From contig JANQET010000490.1 in assembly GCA_028278265.1 (NCBI GenBank), positions 461-64,460 of the forward strand: 64,000 nucleotides of DNA, written 5' to 3'. Numbering within the stretch: the first letter of the stretch is position 1; each line of letters starts with the position of its first letter. The DNA comes from Myxococcota bacterium (GTDB taxonomy: Bacteria; Myxococcota_A; Polyangia; JAAYKL01). The notes under the pieces are model-generated. The model did not search any database, was not told the origin of the DNA, and was given only the letters and a program-made list of their open reading frames with translations. Both the position numbers and the translations under genes were made by a program. Positions 36,356-46,339 of this stretch are shown in pieces.

Positions 36356-38220
36356 GCACGGGTTTGTTGAGCAACACATATTCGCAGCGGCGCGGGCTTT
36401 TGTCACCTCTATCGAACAGCGGACCGGCAATTGGGTTAGGCTTCGGCTTGACGCTCATGGTGCTCGCCAGCAGTGCGTTTGCGCTGGATGAGGGAGAGGC
36501 ACAGCCCAAGAAGGGTGAGACCGATGAGCAGCAGCGTCCCTCTGTCGGGTTGACCGGGATTGAACTGGAGGAGCTCGAGTCCGACTACAGTCCCGAGGTC
36601 GATCGGTTCTTCATCCCCCCCTACTACCAGGAGACTGCGGGGAATGTGAAACTGCGCCTGGTCTTCCCCCTGTTCTTTTATCGAGAGCGGGTGGGAAAGG
36701 GCGCCAGGTCGGATTTGGGTATCATGCCGTTCTACTGGCGCTACCGGGAGGGACCGGCGAGCGCAGATGTCTTCTTCCCGTTTTACTGGCGGTTTCGCGA
36801 TCCCTCGTTTGATACGGACATCGTCCTGCAGAGCTACTACAACCGATCCTCGCATGGATATAATTTCGGCTTCGCACCCCTGTTGTTTCTGGGTAAAGAC
36901 ACCCGCGATCAATCGGACTACCAGGTGATCCCCCCGCTCTTCTGGCGCTTTGCCAAGGGAGATTCCCTCTTTCTGCTAGCTGGACTGTTCTACAACAGGA
37001 AAAAGGGCAGCGATTACGATCTCGGCCTACCGCCGATCCTCTTTGCCGGACGGGAGCGCTACAAAACCTATCTGACCGTTTTCCCGCCGCTGTTTTGGCG
37101 ATTTACCGACGAGATCAACTACAAGACGACGACCGTATTGCCACCGCTGTTTTACAGCACACGGGAACATGGCTACAGTTTCGGGTTGCTTCCACTGCTC
37201 TACATCGGGCGGGATAAAAAATGGGACCGTACACTGATCACCCCGTTCTACTACGGCTCCCGTTGGCAGCACAGGGATCAATTCGGCGATCCTGCAGGAG
37301 AGGGGCGCAGCTACTACCTGCCTCTGTTGCTCTCCTACTATCGCCATGCCCCGGGGTTGTCCCAAGGGGGCGCGGCCCTCTTCTATCACTGGTACGAGAA
37401 CGAGGGGAGCTACCTCAGAGCGATTACCCCGCTGCTGTGGATGTGGGGGAATCAACGGACCGACGATCGGGCCGTGATGGTGCCGCCGCTCTTCTATCGT
37501 CGCACCACGCCGGTAACCACCAACACGATGGCCGGGCTGATTTACTGGGATTTTCACGAGCATCACAAAGAGCGCACAGTGGCCGTGGCCCCGCTGTTTG
37601 CGACCAACTGGAGCCTGTACGAAGATCGTTGGCGAACGTGGGTGGCACCGACGTTCGATTTCGGCGTTCAGCCCGACGGGTACCACTTCCGCATTCATCC
37701 GTTGTTCTACCTCGGCCGGGACAAGTACAGTGACCACCTCGTCCTCGCGCCGTTGTTGTGGAAATTCCGCAACGAACAGGACGATGATTTCGTGATTTTT
37801 CCCATCTGGTGGTCGTTCAAGGATCGGGAGCACGGGGATTCGGTCAAGGTGGCTTTTCCTTTCTGGTGGGATTTCAACGATCCGGGAAAACAGACGGCGA
37901 AGCATATCGCATTTCCCATCTATTGGGATTTTGCCAACAACCGGAAGAAGGAGCGCACCTCGGTCATCTTTCCCCTGCTCTGGCGGGATCGGGATCCCCG
38001 CAGCACGATGTCGGGATTCTTGAATTTCGTGTGGCACAAAGGGGAGATCAAGGGCAACCCGTTCTGGACCTTCAAAATCTTTCCCCTTATCGGGCTGGGG
38101 CACCCACCGGCCCCGTCTGGGGCGTATTGGTCCGTGCTCGGTGGTTTGGCCGGTTGGCGCCGACAGGGCAGCACCAAAGAGCTGAAGGTGTTGTGGATTC
38201 CCTTCGATTTGAGCGACTAG
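36352..38220 (+). CDS. Exported protein built from about 30 aromatic-rich 16-18-aa repeats; unknown function
   Basis: Signal peptide ..SSAFA; recurring [FIV]-x-P-[LFI]-[FYW]-[WYF] units; GTGA overlap with the hisS stop. Confidence 0.75.
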   Translation: MSTGLLSNTYSQRRGLLSPLSNSGPAIGLGFGLTLMVLASSAFALDEGEAQPKKGETDEQQRPSVGLTGIELEELESDYSPEVDRFFIPPYYQETAGNVKLRLVFPLFFYRERVGKGARSDLGIMPFYWRYREGPASADVFFPFYWRFRDPSFDTDIVLQSYYNRSSHGYNFGFAPLLFLGKDTRDQSDYQVIPPLFWRFAKGDSLFLLAGLFYNRKKGSDYDLGLPPILFAGRERYKTYLTVFPPLFWRFTDEINYKTTTVLPPLFYSTREHGYSFGLLPLLYIGRDKKWDRTLITPFYYGSRWQHRDQFGDPAGEGRSYYLPLLLSYYRHAPGLSQGGAALFYHWYENEGSYLRAITPLLWMWGNQRTDDRAVMVPPLFYRRTTPVTTNTMAGLIYWDFHEHHKERTVAVAPLFATNWSLYEDRWRTWVAPTFDFGVQPDGYHFRIHPLFYLGRDKYSDHLVLAPLLWKFRNEQDDDFVIFPIWWSFKDREHGDSVKVAFPFWWDFNDPGKQTAKHIAFPIYWDFANNRKKERTSVIFPLLWRDRDPRSTMSGFLNFVWHKGEIKGNPFWTFKIFPLIGLGHPPAPSGAYWSVLGGLAGWRRQGSTKELKVLWIPFDLSD

Positions 38221-38249
38221 CTCGACCCCCTGTTAACCCCTCTACCCTC

Positions 38250-39353
38250 TTAGCCCAAATGGTTTTTTAGGATGGGCAACATGCGCCGAAGCGGCTCGGC
38301 CGCGCCCCACAGCAGCTGATCGCCGACGGTGAACGCGGCCACGTATCGGGGCCCCATTTTCATTTTGCGGATGCGCCCCACCGGAATCTCCAGTGTACCC
38401 GAAACGGCGGCCGGGGTGAGTGCTTGCATCGACTCAGTCTTGGCGTTGGGAATCACGCGGGTCCATTCTGAGCTCTCTTTGATCAACGCCTCCACCTCAT
38501 CCAGGGGCAAATCTTCTTTCAGTTTGATGGTCAGCCCCTGACTATGGCAGCGCATCGCCCCCACCCGCACGCAGATGCCGTCCACGGGGATCGGATCGGT
38601 GGTGCCGAGGATCTTATTGGTCTCGACCTGTCCCTTCCACTCCTCCCGGGTTTGCCCTTCTTCCACCGCTGAATCGATCCACGGAATCAGACTGGCGGCC
38701 AGCGGCACGCCGGTGATCGCCGAAGCCAGCTTTGGGCTGTGGAGCTGTTGGGTGATAATCCTGTCGATCTCCAGGACCGAAGCGGCCGGATCGACCAACT
38801 GCTCTTGCGCCGCACTGCCGAGCAATCCCATCTGGGAGACCAACTCTTTGAGAAATTTGGCGCCTGCCCCGGAGGCGGACTGGTAGGTCATCGTAGAAAC
38901 CCATTCCACGTGGCCGGATCGGAGCAGACCGCCGATTGCCATCAGCATCAAACTGACGGTGCAGTTACCACCGATGAAGGTTTTGATCCCGTCCTTAAGC
39001 GCCGCGTCGATCTGCGCCCGGTTGATCGGATCGAGGACGATCACCGCATCGTCGGCCATTCGCAGCGCCGAGGAGGCGTCCACCCAGTAACCGGACCATC
39101 CGGCGGAGCGCAGGGCCGGATAGACCCGCTTGGTGTGTCCGCTGCCCTGGCAGGTGACGATGACATCCAACTGCTCAAGCTGGGAAACGTCGTCCGCATC
39201 CAGCAGGGGCGCTCCCCCGGGGCCGGGTTGCCCCACCTGTGAGGTGCTGTAGTAGAGCGCCTCGACGGAATCGATATCCCGGTTCAACCCGATTCGCTCC
39301 ATTAGCACCGAGCCGACCATTCCCCGCCAGCCGATAAAACCAAATTTCAACAT
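38250..39353 (-). CDS. asd: Aspartate-semialdehyde dehydrogenase (E. coli/gamma-type)
   Basis: GFIGWRGMVGSVLM, GGNCTVSLMLM, YQSASGAGA, RVGAMRCHSQ, GDQLLWGAAEP. Confidence 0.96.
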   Translation of the reverse strand: MLKFGFIGWRGMVGSVLMERIGLNRDIDSVEALYYSTSQVGQPGPGGAPLLDADDVSQLEQLDVIVTCQGSGHTKRVYPALRSAGWSGYWVDASSALRMADDAVIVLDPINRAQIDAALKDGIKTFIGGNCTVSLMLMAIGGLLRSGHVEWVSTMTYQSASGAGAKFLKELVSQMGLLGSAAQEQLVDPAASVLEIDRIITQQLHSPKLASAITGVPLAASLIPWIDSAVEEGQTREEWKGQVETNKILGTTDPIPVDGICVRVGAMRCHSQGLTIKLKEDLPLDEVEALIKESSEWTRVIPNAKTESMQALTPAAVSGTLEIPVGRIRKMKMGPRYVAAFTVGDQLLWGAAEPLRRMLPILKNHLG

Positions 39354-39517
39354 AAATCACCTCTGTTGGTGTTGAGCGTTCGCTTCGCACATCCTATTCC
39401 AATCTTGTTGGATAGGAAAAAATACCAGCCTGTCAAGCCCTAATCAATTGAGGGGTTGCATTTGAACGGTACATCCAAGTACATCAAGTGGTCCGTGTTA
39501 CCCAGGAGATAGATGTA

Positions 39518-40909
39518 ATGCTCAAGAAGGTACCCGACGTTTTCGTGATTGTATTTTGTCTGATCGTCCTTGCGGCAGGATTGACCTGGATTCTCCCCGG
39601 CGGCTCGTTCGAGCGCCACCAGGAGACCGTCAACGGAAAGCTGCGCGAGGTGGTGGTGCAGGGGTCGTTCGAGTATGCGGAGTCGGAACCCCAGCTGTTT
39701 CAGGTGTTCACCGCGCCGATTTTGGGCTTCCTGAAGTTGGGGGAGATCATCGTCTTCATCTTCCTCGTGGGCGGGTCGTTCTATATTCTCAACGAGACCG
39801 GCGCTGTGGCCGCAGGCACCAAGAAGCTGGTGGCGCGGTTCAAGGGGCGGGAGTACTTCGTCATCCCGGTGGTGATGCTCTTTTTCTCGTTCTTCGGTGC
39901 GGCCTTCGGCATGTGTGAGGAGGCGATACCGTTTGCGCTCATTTTCGTCCCCCTTGCCTTGGCCCTGGGCTATGATTCCCTCGTCGGCGTCAGCATGAGT
40001 TTCGTCGCTGCGGGGGTGGGATTTGCCGGGGCCTTTCTCAATCCCTTCACCCTGCAAATCGCTCAGGGGATTGCCGAGCTTCAACCAATTTCGGGTTGGG
40101 GGTATCGGCTGGTGGTGTGGATTTTGGCCACCACTCTGGCCATCACCTGGGTGATGGTCTACGCCGCACGCATCAAGAAGAATCCCCGCAAGAGCGCGAT
40201 GTACGAGCTCGATCAGAAGCGGAAAGAGGATATTGCCGAGAAGCTCAAATCCCAATCCGAGTTTTCCGTCCGTCACGGTATCTGTCTGATGATTCTCGGC
40301 CTCACCGTGGTGCTGATGATCTACGGTGTTGTGGCCAAGGGGTGGTACATCGTCGAGCTCGGCGGGCTGTTTTTCGCGATGGGGTTGTTTTGCGGCATCG
40401 CCGGCAAGATGAGTCCCAATGAGCTGGCCCACGCCTTCATCGCCGGTCTCAAGGATATGGCCGGAGCAGCGCTGATCGTCGGGTTTACCGGGGGCATTCT
40501 CGTCATCCTCGAACAGGGCAAGATCATGGACACGGTGCTCTTCGGGATGAGCTCGGTGACCGCAAAGATGCCTTCGATCCTGGCCGCCGATGCGATGTAC
40601 GGGCTGCAGATGGTGCTCAACTTCTTCATCCCGTCCGGCTCCACCAAGGCCGCGTTGACCATGCCGCTGATGGCCCCGTTGGCCGATCTGTCCGGCATCA
40701 CGCGGCAGACCGCGGTGCTGGCCTATCAATTTGGGGACGGATTTACCAATATGATCGTGCCCACCTCCGGGGTGACCGTGGGGACACTGGCCATGGCGAA
40801 GATTCCCTTTGAAAAGTGGTTTCGTTGGCACCTGCCGATGCAGGTGGCCTTTTTCGTCTTTGCCATCGCGATGCTGATTTGGCCGGTGGTGACCAATTGG
40901 GAGGGATGA
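39518..40909 (+). CDS. YfcC / DcuC-like (ArcD-type) membrane transporter
   Basis: IIVFIFLVGG, GMCEEAIPF, NPFTLQIAQGIAEL, FFIPSGS, AYQFGDGFTN. Confidence 0.88.
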   Translation: MLKKVPDVFVIVFCLIVLAAGLTWILPGGSFERHQETVNGKLREVVVQGSFEYAESEPQLFQVFTAPILGFLKLGEIIVFIFLVGGSFYILNETGAVAAGTKKLVARFKGREYFVIPVVMLFFSFFGAAFGMCEEAIPFALIFVPLALALGYDSLVGVSMSFVAAGVGFAGAFLNPFTLQIAQGIAELQPISGWGYRLVVWILATTLAITWVMVYAARIKKNPRKSAMYELDQKRKEDIAEKLKSQSEFSVRHGICLMILGLTVVLMIYGVVAKGWYIVELGGLFFAMGLFCGIAGKMSPNELAHAFIAGLKDMAGAALIVGFTGGILVILEQGKIMDTVLFGMSSVTAKMPSILAADAMYGLQMVLNFFIPSGSTKAALTMPLMAPLADLSGITRQTAVLAYQFGDGFTNMIVPTSGVTVGTLAMAKIPFEKWFRWHLPMQVAFFVFAIAMLIWPVVTNWEG

Positions 40910-41487
40910 TGACCGCTACCCGCCAGCGATGTGCTTGGATTCCGGCAGACAATTCACTCTACACCCGGTACCACGACGAACAATGGGGCGTGCCTGTCCA
41001 TGACGACACCCTGCTCTTTGAGATGCTGCTTCTCGAGGGTGCACAGGCCGGGCTCAGCTGGCTGACCATTCTCAAGAAACGGGAGAATTACCGGCGCGCC
41101 TTCGACCAGTTCGATGCGCAGCGAGTGGCCCGGTACGACCAGGCCAAGCTCGACGAGCTGGCGCAAGATTCGGGCATTATCAGGAACAAGCTGAAGATCA
41201 ATTGGGCGGTCAAGAATGCCCAGGCTTTTTTGGCGGTTCAAGCAGATGTGGGGTCGTTCGACCGGTATATTTGGCAGTTTGTCGACGGGAGGCCCTTGAT
41301 CAACCATTGGCAGAGGGTCGATCAGATTCCCGCCAAGACCGAGATTTCCGATCGGATGAGTCGCGAGCTGAAAAAGAGAGGGTTCGGTTTTGTGGGGTCG
41401 ACGATCTGCTACGCGTTCATGCAATCGATCGGCATGGTCAACGATCATACGGTGGATTGTTTTCGCCATGCGGAATTGCTACCGTAG
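40906..41487 (+). CDS. tag: DNA-3-methyladenine glycosylase I
   Basis: RCAW, YHDEQWG, LEGAQAGLSW, IIRNKLKI, FVGSTICYAFMQSIGMVNDH. Confidence 0.96.
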   Translation: MMTATRQRCAWIPADNSLYTRYHDEQWGVPVHDDTLLFEMLLLEGAQAGLSWLTILKKRENYRRAFDQFDAQRVARYDQAKLDELAQDSGIIRNKLKINWAVKNAQAFLAVQADVGSFDRYIWQFVDGRPLINHWQRVDQIPAKTEISDRMSRELKKRGFGFVGSTICYAFMQSIGMVNDHTVDCFRHAELLP

Positions 41488-41499
41488 CAGCTCAGCGCC

Positions 41500-43107
41500 A
41501 TGATCACCTTGTCAAATCTCGATGGATTGAAGACCGCCATGGGCAGTCGGAAAGGTCAGCTCGTCCTGTTGGGGTTGGTGGTGGTCGTTGCTCTCGTGTT
41601 GCGCTGTTGGAGTTTCAACGAGGTCGCCGTGGCCAGCCTGAAGGTCGAGCCGGATTCGTGGGAAAAGGTCAAGCTGGCTCGCAAAATAGCGTTCAAGGAC
41701 AAGTCTCCCAAATACTTCAAGCACCCCCGGCTGATGCTCAACACGTCGGCCATTTTGCTGCGCATCGGCGCGATCTTTGGCTACAAAGGTAAAAAGAGGG
41801 CGGCGCGGATTATGGTCGGCTATATGGTCGCGCTCTCCATCGGAACGCTGCTGGTCATCTACTATATCGGCCTGTTCGCGTTTTCGAGCCGCCGAATAGC
41901 GCTCACCGGGGCGTTTGTTTTCGCGGTCCTGCCGATCGGCGTGGTCAGCCCCCACTATATCAAGGAAGACGTTCCAGTAATGTTCTTCAGCAATTTGGCA
42001 CTGCTGATGATGATTCTGCTGCTGCAGACCAGAAATCGCCGTTACTATCTGTGGTGCGGATTGACCGTCGGGTTGGCCATCGGCACGAAACTGATTGCGT
42101 TGACCCTCCTGCCGATCGCCGTGTTGACACACCTGGTCTACCTCCGGCAGGGCAGAACGACGAGAGAATCGCGGCTGTTCTGGCAGCTCGGTGCCGGGTG
42201 TGCGCTCATCGCCGTCGGGTTTTTTCTGTTCAACCACCAGCTGCTGATTCACTTCGGCGAGTTTATCTCAGAAACCACGGAACAGGCCGAGTACGCGCGC
42301 AAGGGCCATTTCGACGGCACTATCTTCAGTCCGTGGGACTACCTGTGGACCTATCAGCTGCGCTACGGACTTGTGCCGGTGATGACCGGCGGGATTGTCC
42401 TCGCCTCCCTGACCGGAATGGGATGGGTGCTCTACCGTTGGCGCCGTCATTTGGCGGGTGTCGTGTTGCTCGCCTGGGTGCTGACCCTGTACATCATCGT
42501 CGAGCGATCACCGGCCAAACCGTTTCCCCTGTTCGTCCGCTACGCCTACCCGATCATCCCCGGATTGGTCTGTTTCGCCGCCTTTGCCCTCATCAGGGGC
42601 GCCGCGGCGGTGACGAGATTTCCCCTGGGTCGGGTCTGGGGGCCACTACTGGTCGCGGCGGTGCTGGCCTGGCCGTCGGTGCATTCCATAGTTGTCGTCG
42701 CCGGAGTGACCCGGGATACGCGGGTGCGCGCCGCTGATTGGATCCATGACAACCTTTCCGAGTCCTCGACGATTATCATTGACGGCAAGTTCTATTGTCC
42801 CCGGTTGAACCGAGAATATGACACGAGGCGAAAACGGCTGTGCAAGAAGAAGCGGATGTGGTCGCAGTACGACGTCGATTACGTGATTACCAACGGGTTC
42901 AATTTCAACCGGTACTTCGTCAACGAGAAATTCATCCCCCACTCCAAGAATGCCGCCGATTGCTATCGCCGGCTGTTTGCCAACTGTCGTCTGGTCAAAC
43001 GGTTTCTACCCGAGTACGGGATTCAGACGATCGGTTTTCACAATCCGGAGATCCGGATCTTCGACATGAATGAGTGCGGCACCGTACCGATTGACACCGA
43101 TTCCTGA
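41500..43107 (+). CDS. GT-C membrane glycosyltransferase (ArnT/PMT-like)
   Basis: About 11 TM helices, SPHYIKEDVP, GLAIGTKL, soluble C-terminal domain. Confidence 0.75.
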   Translation: MITLSNLDGLKTAMGSRKGQLVLLGLVVVVALVLRCWSFNEVAVASLKVEPDSWEKVKLARKIAFKDKSPKYFKHPRLMLNTSAILLRIGAIFGYKGKKRAARIMVGYMVALSIGTLLVIYYIGLFAFSSRRIALTGAFVFAVLPIGVVSPHYIKEDVPVMFFSNLALLMMILLLQTRNRRYYLWCGLTVGLAIGTKLIALTLLPIAVLTHLVYLRQGRTTRESRLFWQLGAGCALIAVGFFLFNHQLLIHFGEFISETTEQAEYARKGHFDGTIFSPWDYLWTYQLRYGLVPVMTGGIVLASLTGMGWVLYRWRRHLAGVVLLAWVLTLYIIVERSPAKPFPLFVRYAYPIIPGLVCFAAFALIRGAAAVTRFPLGRVWGPLLVAAVLAWPSVHSIVVVAGVTRDTRVRAADWIHDNLSESSTIIIDGKFYCPRLNREYDTRRKRLCKKKRMWSQYDVDYVITNGFNFNRYFVNEKFIPHSKNAADCYRRLFANCRLVKRFLPEYGIQTIGFHNPEIRIFDMNECGTVPIDTDS

Positions 43108-43127
43108 GCTTTCGGAATGGTGCTCGC

Positions 43128-43745
43128 TCAGCCCATCAGGTAGGCCAGGGCGAGCCAGAGGGTCAATCCGCCGAGGCAAGCGGACCACTTCCAGACGTTG
43201 GCAGTGAAGCCGGCGGCTTTCGGCGACAAACACAATGCGCCGGCCCCGATGCCCCAGCCGAGCAATCCGGCGAACAGCAGCAGGGAAGCCCAGGGATCGG
43301 GATCGTCGGGACGCGGTAGATCGTTGCGCGCGGTAAATGACTTGTTCGTGTGCTGGCGGTGCAGCCGTTCCATTTCTCGTTCTGCGCGCGTCAGCCAATC
43401 CGGATGGGGTTGAAAGATGTGGCGCGTGGCCAGCACTGACCGGCGCACCACCTCCCAGGTGTGGATCGCGTCGTCTCTCTCCCCTCTCATCTCCGCCCCT
43501 TTGGCCAGGATGGCGAGGGTGTTCAACGCTCGCGCGGGATAGGGGCTGCCCGGAACATACGATTTGGCGGCATCTTCCAAGGCGGACACCGCGGCCGGCC
43601 GATCATGGGCATCGATCAATCGGGTTCCCCGTTCCCACTGGCGCTTTCCGTCTACAATCAGCCGTGTGGCAGCAGCCATCACGACGAGTGCCAGCACGAA
43701 CAGGGCAGCGCTCGTTGCTCTTAAAAGGGTTGACAGATCGGCCAC
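43128..43745 (-). CDS. Hypothetical membrane protein with a helical periplasmic domain
   Basis: N-terminal TM, helical region, two C-terminal TMs; adjacent to the permease. Confidence 0.65.
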   Translation of the reverse strand: MADLSTLLRATSAALFVLALVVMAAATRLIVDGKRQWERGTRLIDAHDRPAAVSALEDAAKSYVPGSPYPARALNTLAILAKGAEMRGERDDAIHTWEVVRRSVLATRHIFQPHPDWLTRAEREMERLHRQHTNKSFTARNDLPRPDDPDPWASLLLFAGLLGWGIGAGALCLSPKAAGFTANVWKWSACLGGLTLWLALAYLMG

Positions 43746-44534
43746 TTAGATGAAATCCCGCCGGCCGAGCAGGGCGATCGCCAGCGCGAGGAATACGGCA
43801 GAGTAGAGCGCACCGTAGCCCACCGCCGAGAAGGTGTATCCCGAAGTAACGAATTGGCCGTGTACGCTGGCCCAGGAGCTCTCGACCAATTTTCCGCTGG
43901 GATAAAAGAGATAGAAGTTGGGTAACACAGCGGTGATGCCGTCCAACAACGGCGCCATCCAGGCCATCGATTTGCGCTCGGCGAGTTGGCCGATCAGATC
44001 GGCGTTGCGTCCGGCAGCGAACAGACCCAGGCAAAAGAGCCCGCTCAAATACGGCCGGGAGAAGGAAGTGAAGAACAGGGCCATCGAGATGACGAGCACG
44101 ACCTCGAAGAAGATCAACAACAGGGCGATGAAAATGCCGCTGCTGGGGGTGCCCCCTTGAATGCGGAGCACGATCAACCAGACCCCGGTCATGAGGAGGA
44201 GTTGTACCAGTAGGGTGGCCACGAGGCCGAAAAATTTTCCGATCAGATAGACCGGTCGGGAGATCGGCTTGGAGAGCACCGTGTAGAGGGTGCGTTTTTC
44301 AATCTCCTTGTGCAACAAGGTGATGCTGAGAAAAATCGCCATCAAGACGCCGAAAAACGAGACCCCGGCCATGCCGATATCGATCACCGCCCGAATCTCC
44401 TGGTTGAACGATAGCTGGCCGAGCACCAAGCTGAACAGAATCAGGCAGACCGCAAAAAACAGAAAGCCATAGAGCACCCGATCGCGGATCGCTTCTCGAA
44501 AGGTGTTTTTGGCTATGGCGTAGATTTGTCCCAT
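43746..44534 (-). CDS. ABC-2-type permease (PilI/XapD-like)
   Basis: IAKNTFREAIRDRVLY, KEIEKRTLYTVLSKPISR..YLIGKF, RRDF tail. Confidence 0.88.
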   Translation of the reverse strand: MGQIYAIAKNTFREAIRDRVLYGFLFFAVCLILFSLVLGQLSFNQEIRAVIDIGMAGVSFFGVLMAIFLSITLLHKEIEKRTLYTVLSKPISRPVYLIGKFFGLVATLLVQLLLMTGVWLIVLRIQGGTPSSGIFIALLLIFFEVVLVISMALFFTSFSRPYLSGLFCLGLFAAGRNADLIGQLAERKSMAWMAPLLDGITAVLPNFYLFYPSGKLVESSWASVHGQFVTSGYTFSAVGYGALYSAVFLALAIALLGRRDFI

Positions 44535-44663
44535 CTCGTTCTTTGATATCTCTGGTTGTCCCGCTGATTGGATTTATACCAAACTCTCGGCTCCCATTCC
44601 AAATTCGCGCCATCTCTGGTAGATCAGTGAGCCGAGGTGGGAAGCGAAAGCGGGCACATTCCG

Positions 44664-45260
44664 ATGAACCAACGCGTCAATGGTCGCCGACTCGGCGCTC
44701 TGATCCTTCTGCTCGGCTTGGTGGTCGCCGGAACGGGTTTTTCTGCAGAACCGATGTCGTCGGACAACGACGGTTCCCAACACAGAGGTCCGTTTGCCGC
44801 GGTGGAAGGCCATTTGTCGATCCTCAGCGATGTGACGGATTGGTCGGTGCTGGCCAGCACCTTCGGCTATGCGGCCCGAGGCGGATACCGTTGGTGCGGA
44901 TTTGGGGTGTTCGCGCAAGCGGAGCACAACATGTGGCTCGCTACCGAACAACAGAAACAGGTCGTTCGCGGTGCAGTGAACATCGGCTTGGGGGCCGAGC
45001 TCATCTATGCCAACGGTTTTGTGCGAACCAGTTTGGCCCTCGGTCCGTCGATCCTCGCTTTTGACACGGTGCTGGATGACGCGGGGACCACCGGCCTGTT
45101 TTTTGATATTCGCCCGGTCGGTTTGCGCTGGGCGGCCAGGCGGTATCTGGTCATCGGTCTCGACCCGCTCACCTTTGCCATTGTGGCGCCCGTGTTGGGA
45201 GGCATCCCGCTGATTTACACCCAATATCGCACGGCGGTCTATCTGGAGGCGGTGTTTTGA
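44664..45260 (+). CDS. Putative small outer-membrane beta-barrel
   Basis: Signal peptide, amphipathic strands, C-terminal Phe (YLEAVF). Confidence 0.6.
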   Translation: MNQRVNGRRLGALILLLGLVVAGTGFSAEPMSSDNDGSQHRGPFAAVEGHLSILSDVTDWSVLASTFGYAARGGYRWCGFGVFAQAEHNMWLATEQQKQVVRGAVNIGLGAELIYANGFVRTSLALGPSILAFDTVLDDAGTTGLFFDIRPVGLRWAARRYLVIGLDPLTFAIVAPVLGGIPLIYTQYRTAVYLEAVF

Positions 45261-46324
45261 GACGAACCGGACAGTGGCGGCTGTTGGCCGGGTTGGTGAT
45301 TGCCGTGTGCAGCTCGACGCCGGCTTCCTGGTGTGTCGCCTACTCGGTTTCCAGCGGTTTGACCGAGTCGTGCCATGAGCGAATCACCCTTCGAGCCGGT
45401 GAAGCGCTGGTGCGGGAGATGCCCGTGCCCCCTGGATTCACGCCCCCAGAGGGGGTGTGGTCGGACCTCGCCGAGATGCTCCTCGGTGAGATGAGCGGCG
45501 ATCCTCAGGCGTTGAGTGAGCACCATCGCTTCATGTTGGTCAGCCTGATTGTCGGCGTCCGCGCACCGGACACGGATGGACATTCCGTGATGAATCTGGA
45601 AAACCTCCACCGGCTGCACGGGGATCCCAGCGCCAAGGGCCAGTACGCCCACTGTCTGAGGGGACCGGACGACGATGGGGCGGGCGGGGACGCGGCGGCG
45701 ATTGTCGGCACCCGGCAAGTGATAATCGAGCTCATCGAAGAGGGGGTGCGTCGCTACGGCCTACTGATGGCCGATCAGCTGATCAATGCGGTGGTGTACC
45801 TGGATTTTTACGGGCGGATCGAGCTGAAGATCTGGGCCCCGTTCTTCTTTGTCGGTCGGGCGCTACACGCCTTGCAGGACTCGTTTTCCCATGCACTGCG
45901 TTCAGATGCGGACGGGTTGCGCCAGGTGGTTCACGTAATGAACTATATCGACGCGATTGCATCTGACTTCAACCATCAACGGGACGGTCTGGCCCACTCT
46001 GACACCTTGGATGATTGTTCGGATCCGCGGGCCAAAGCGTTGTTCGAGGCGGCAATTGAAGCGTCTGCCGAGCTGCTGGCCGGGGTCCTCGATCAGCTCG
46101 AGGGCGAGGCGCCCGGGGCGACGGTACAGGTGCTCGATGATTGGCTGATCCTGAAGGTCGGATGTACGCCGGGCAACGATTTTTGTGGGAACAGACGCTG
46201 GGTCGAGCTGGCCGAAGAAGAGCAAACCGGGCCCTATCTCTCCTCACTATTGGGCTGCGCGATGGGATCGAGCAGCGGTGTGGGACGGAGCGTGCTCGGC
46301 CTGTTAGTCGATAAACTATTTTGA
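45257..46324 (+). CDS. Secreted protein with a Het-C / Zn-phospholipase C-like metal motif
   Basis: Signal peptide, CHERIT, YAHCLR, GRALHALQDSFSH; TTGA overlap with the barrel gene. Confidence 0.65.
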   Translation: MRRTGQWRLLAGLVIAVCSSTPASWCVAYSVSSGLTESCHERITLRAGEALVREMPVPPGFTPPEGVWSDLAEMLLGEMSGDPQALSEHHRFMLVSLIVGVRAPDTDGHSVMNLENLHRLHGDPSAKGQYAHCLRGPDDDGAGGDAAAIVGTRQVIIELIEEGVRRYGLLMADQLINAVVYLDFYGRIELKIWAPFFFVGRALHALQDSFSHALRSDADGLRQVVHVMNYIDAIASDFNHQRDGLAHSDTLDDCSDPRAKALFEAAIEASAELLAGVLDQLEGEAPGATVQVLDDWLILKVGCTPGNDFCGNRRWVELAEEEQTGPYLSSLLGCAMGSSSGVGRSVLGLLVDKLF

Positions 46325-46339
46325 ACTAATCCGAAGAAA

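Noticed and set aside
39391-39417. Imperfect inverted repeat between divergent asd and yfcC
   Set aside because: Single bulged hairpin with no supporting context
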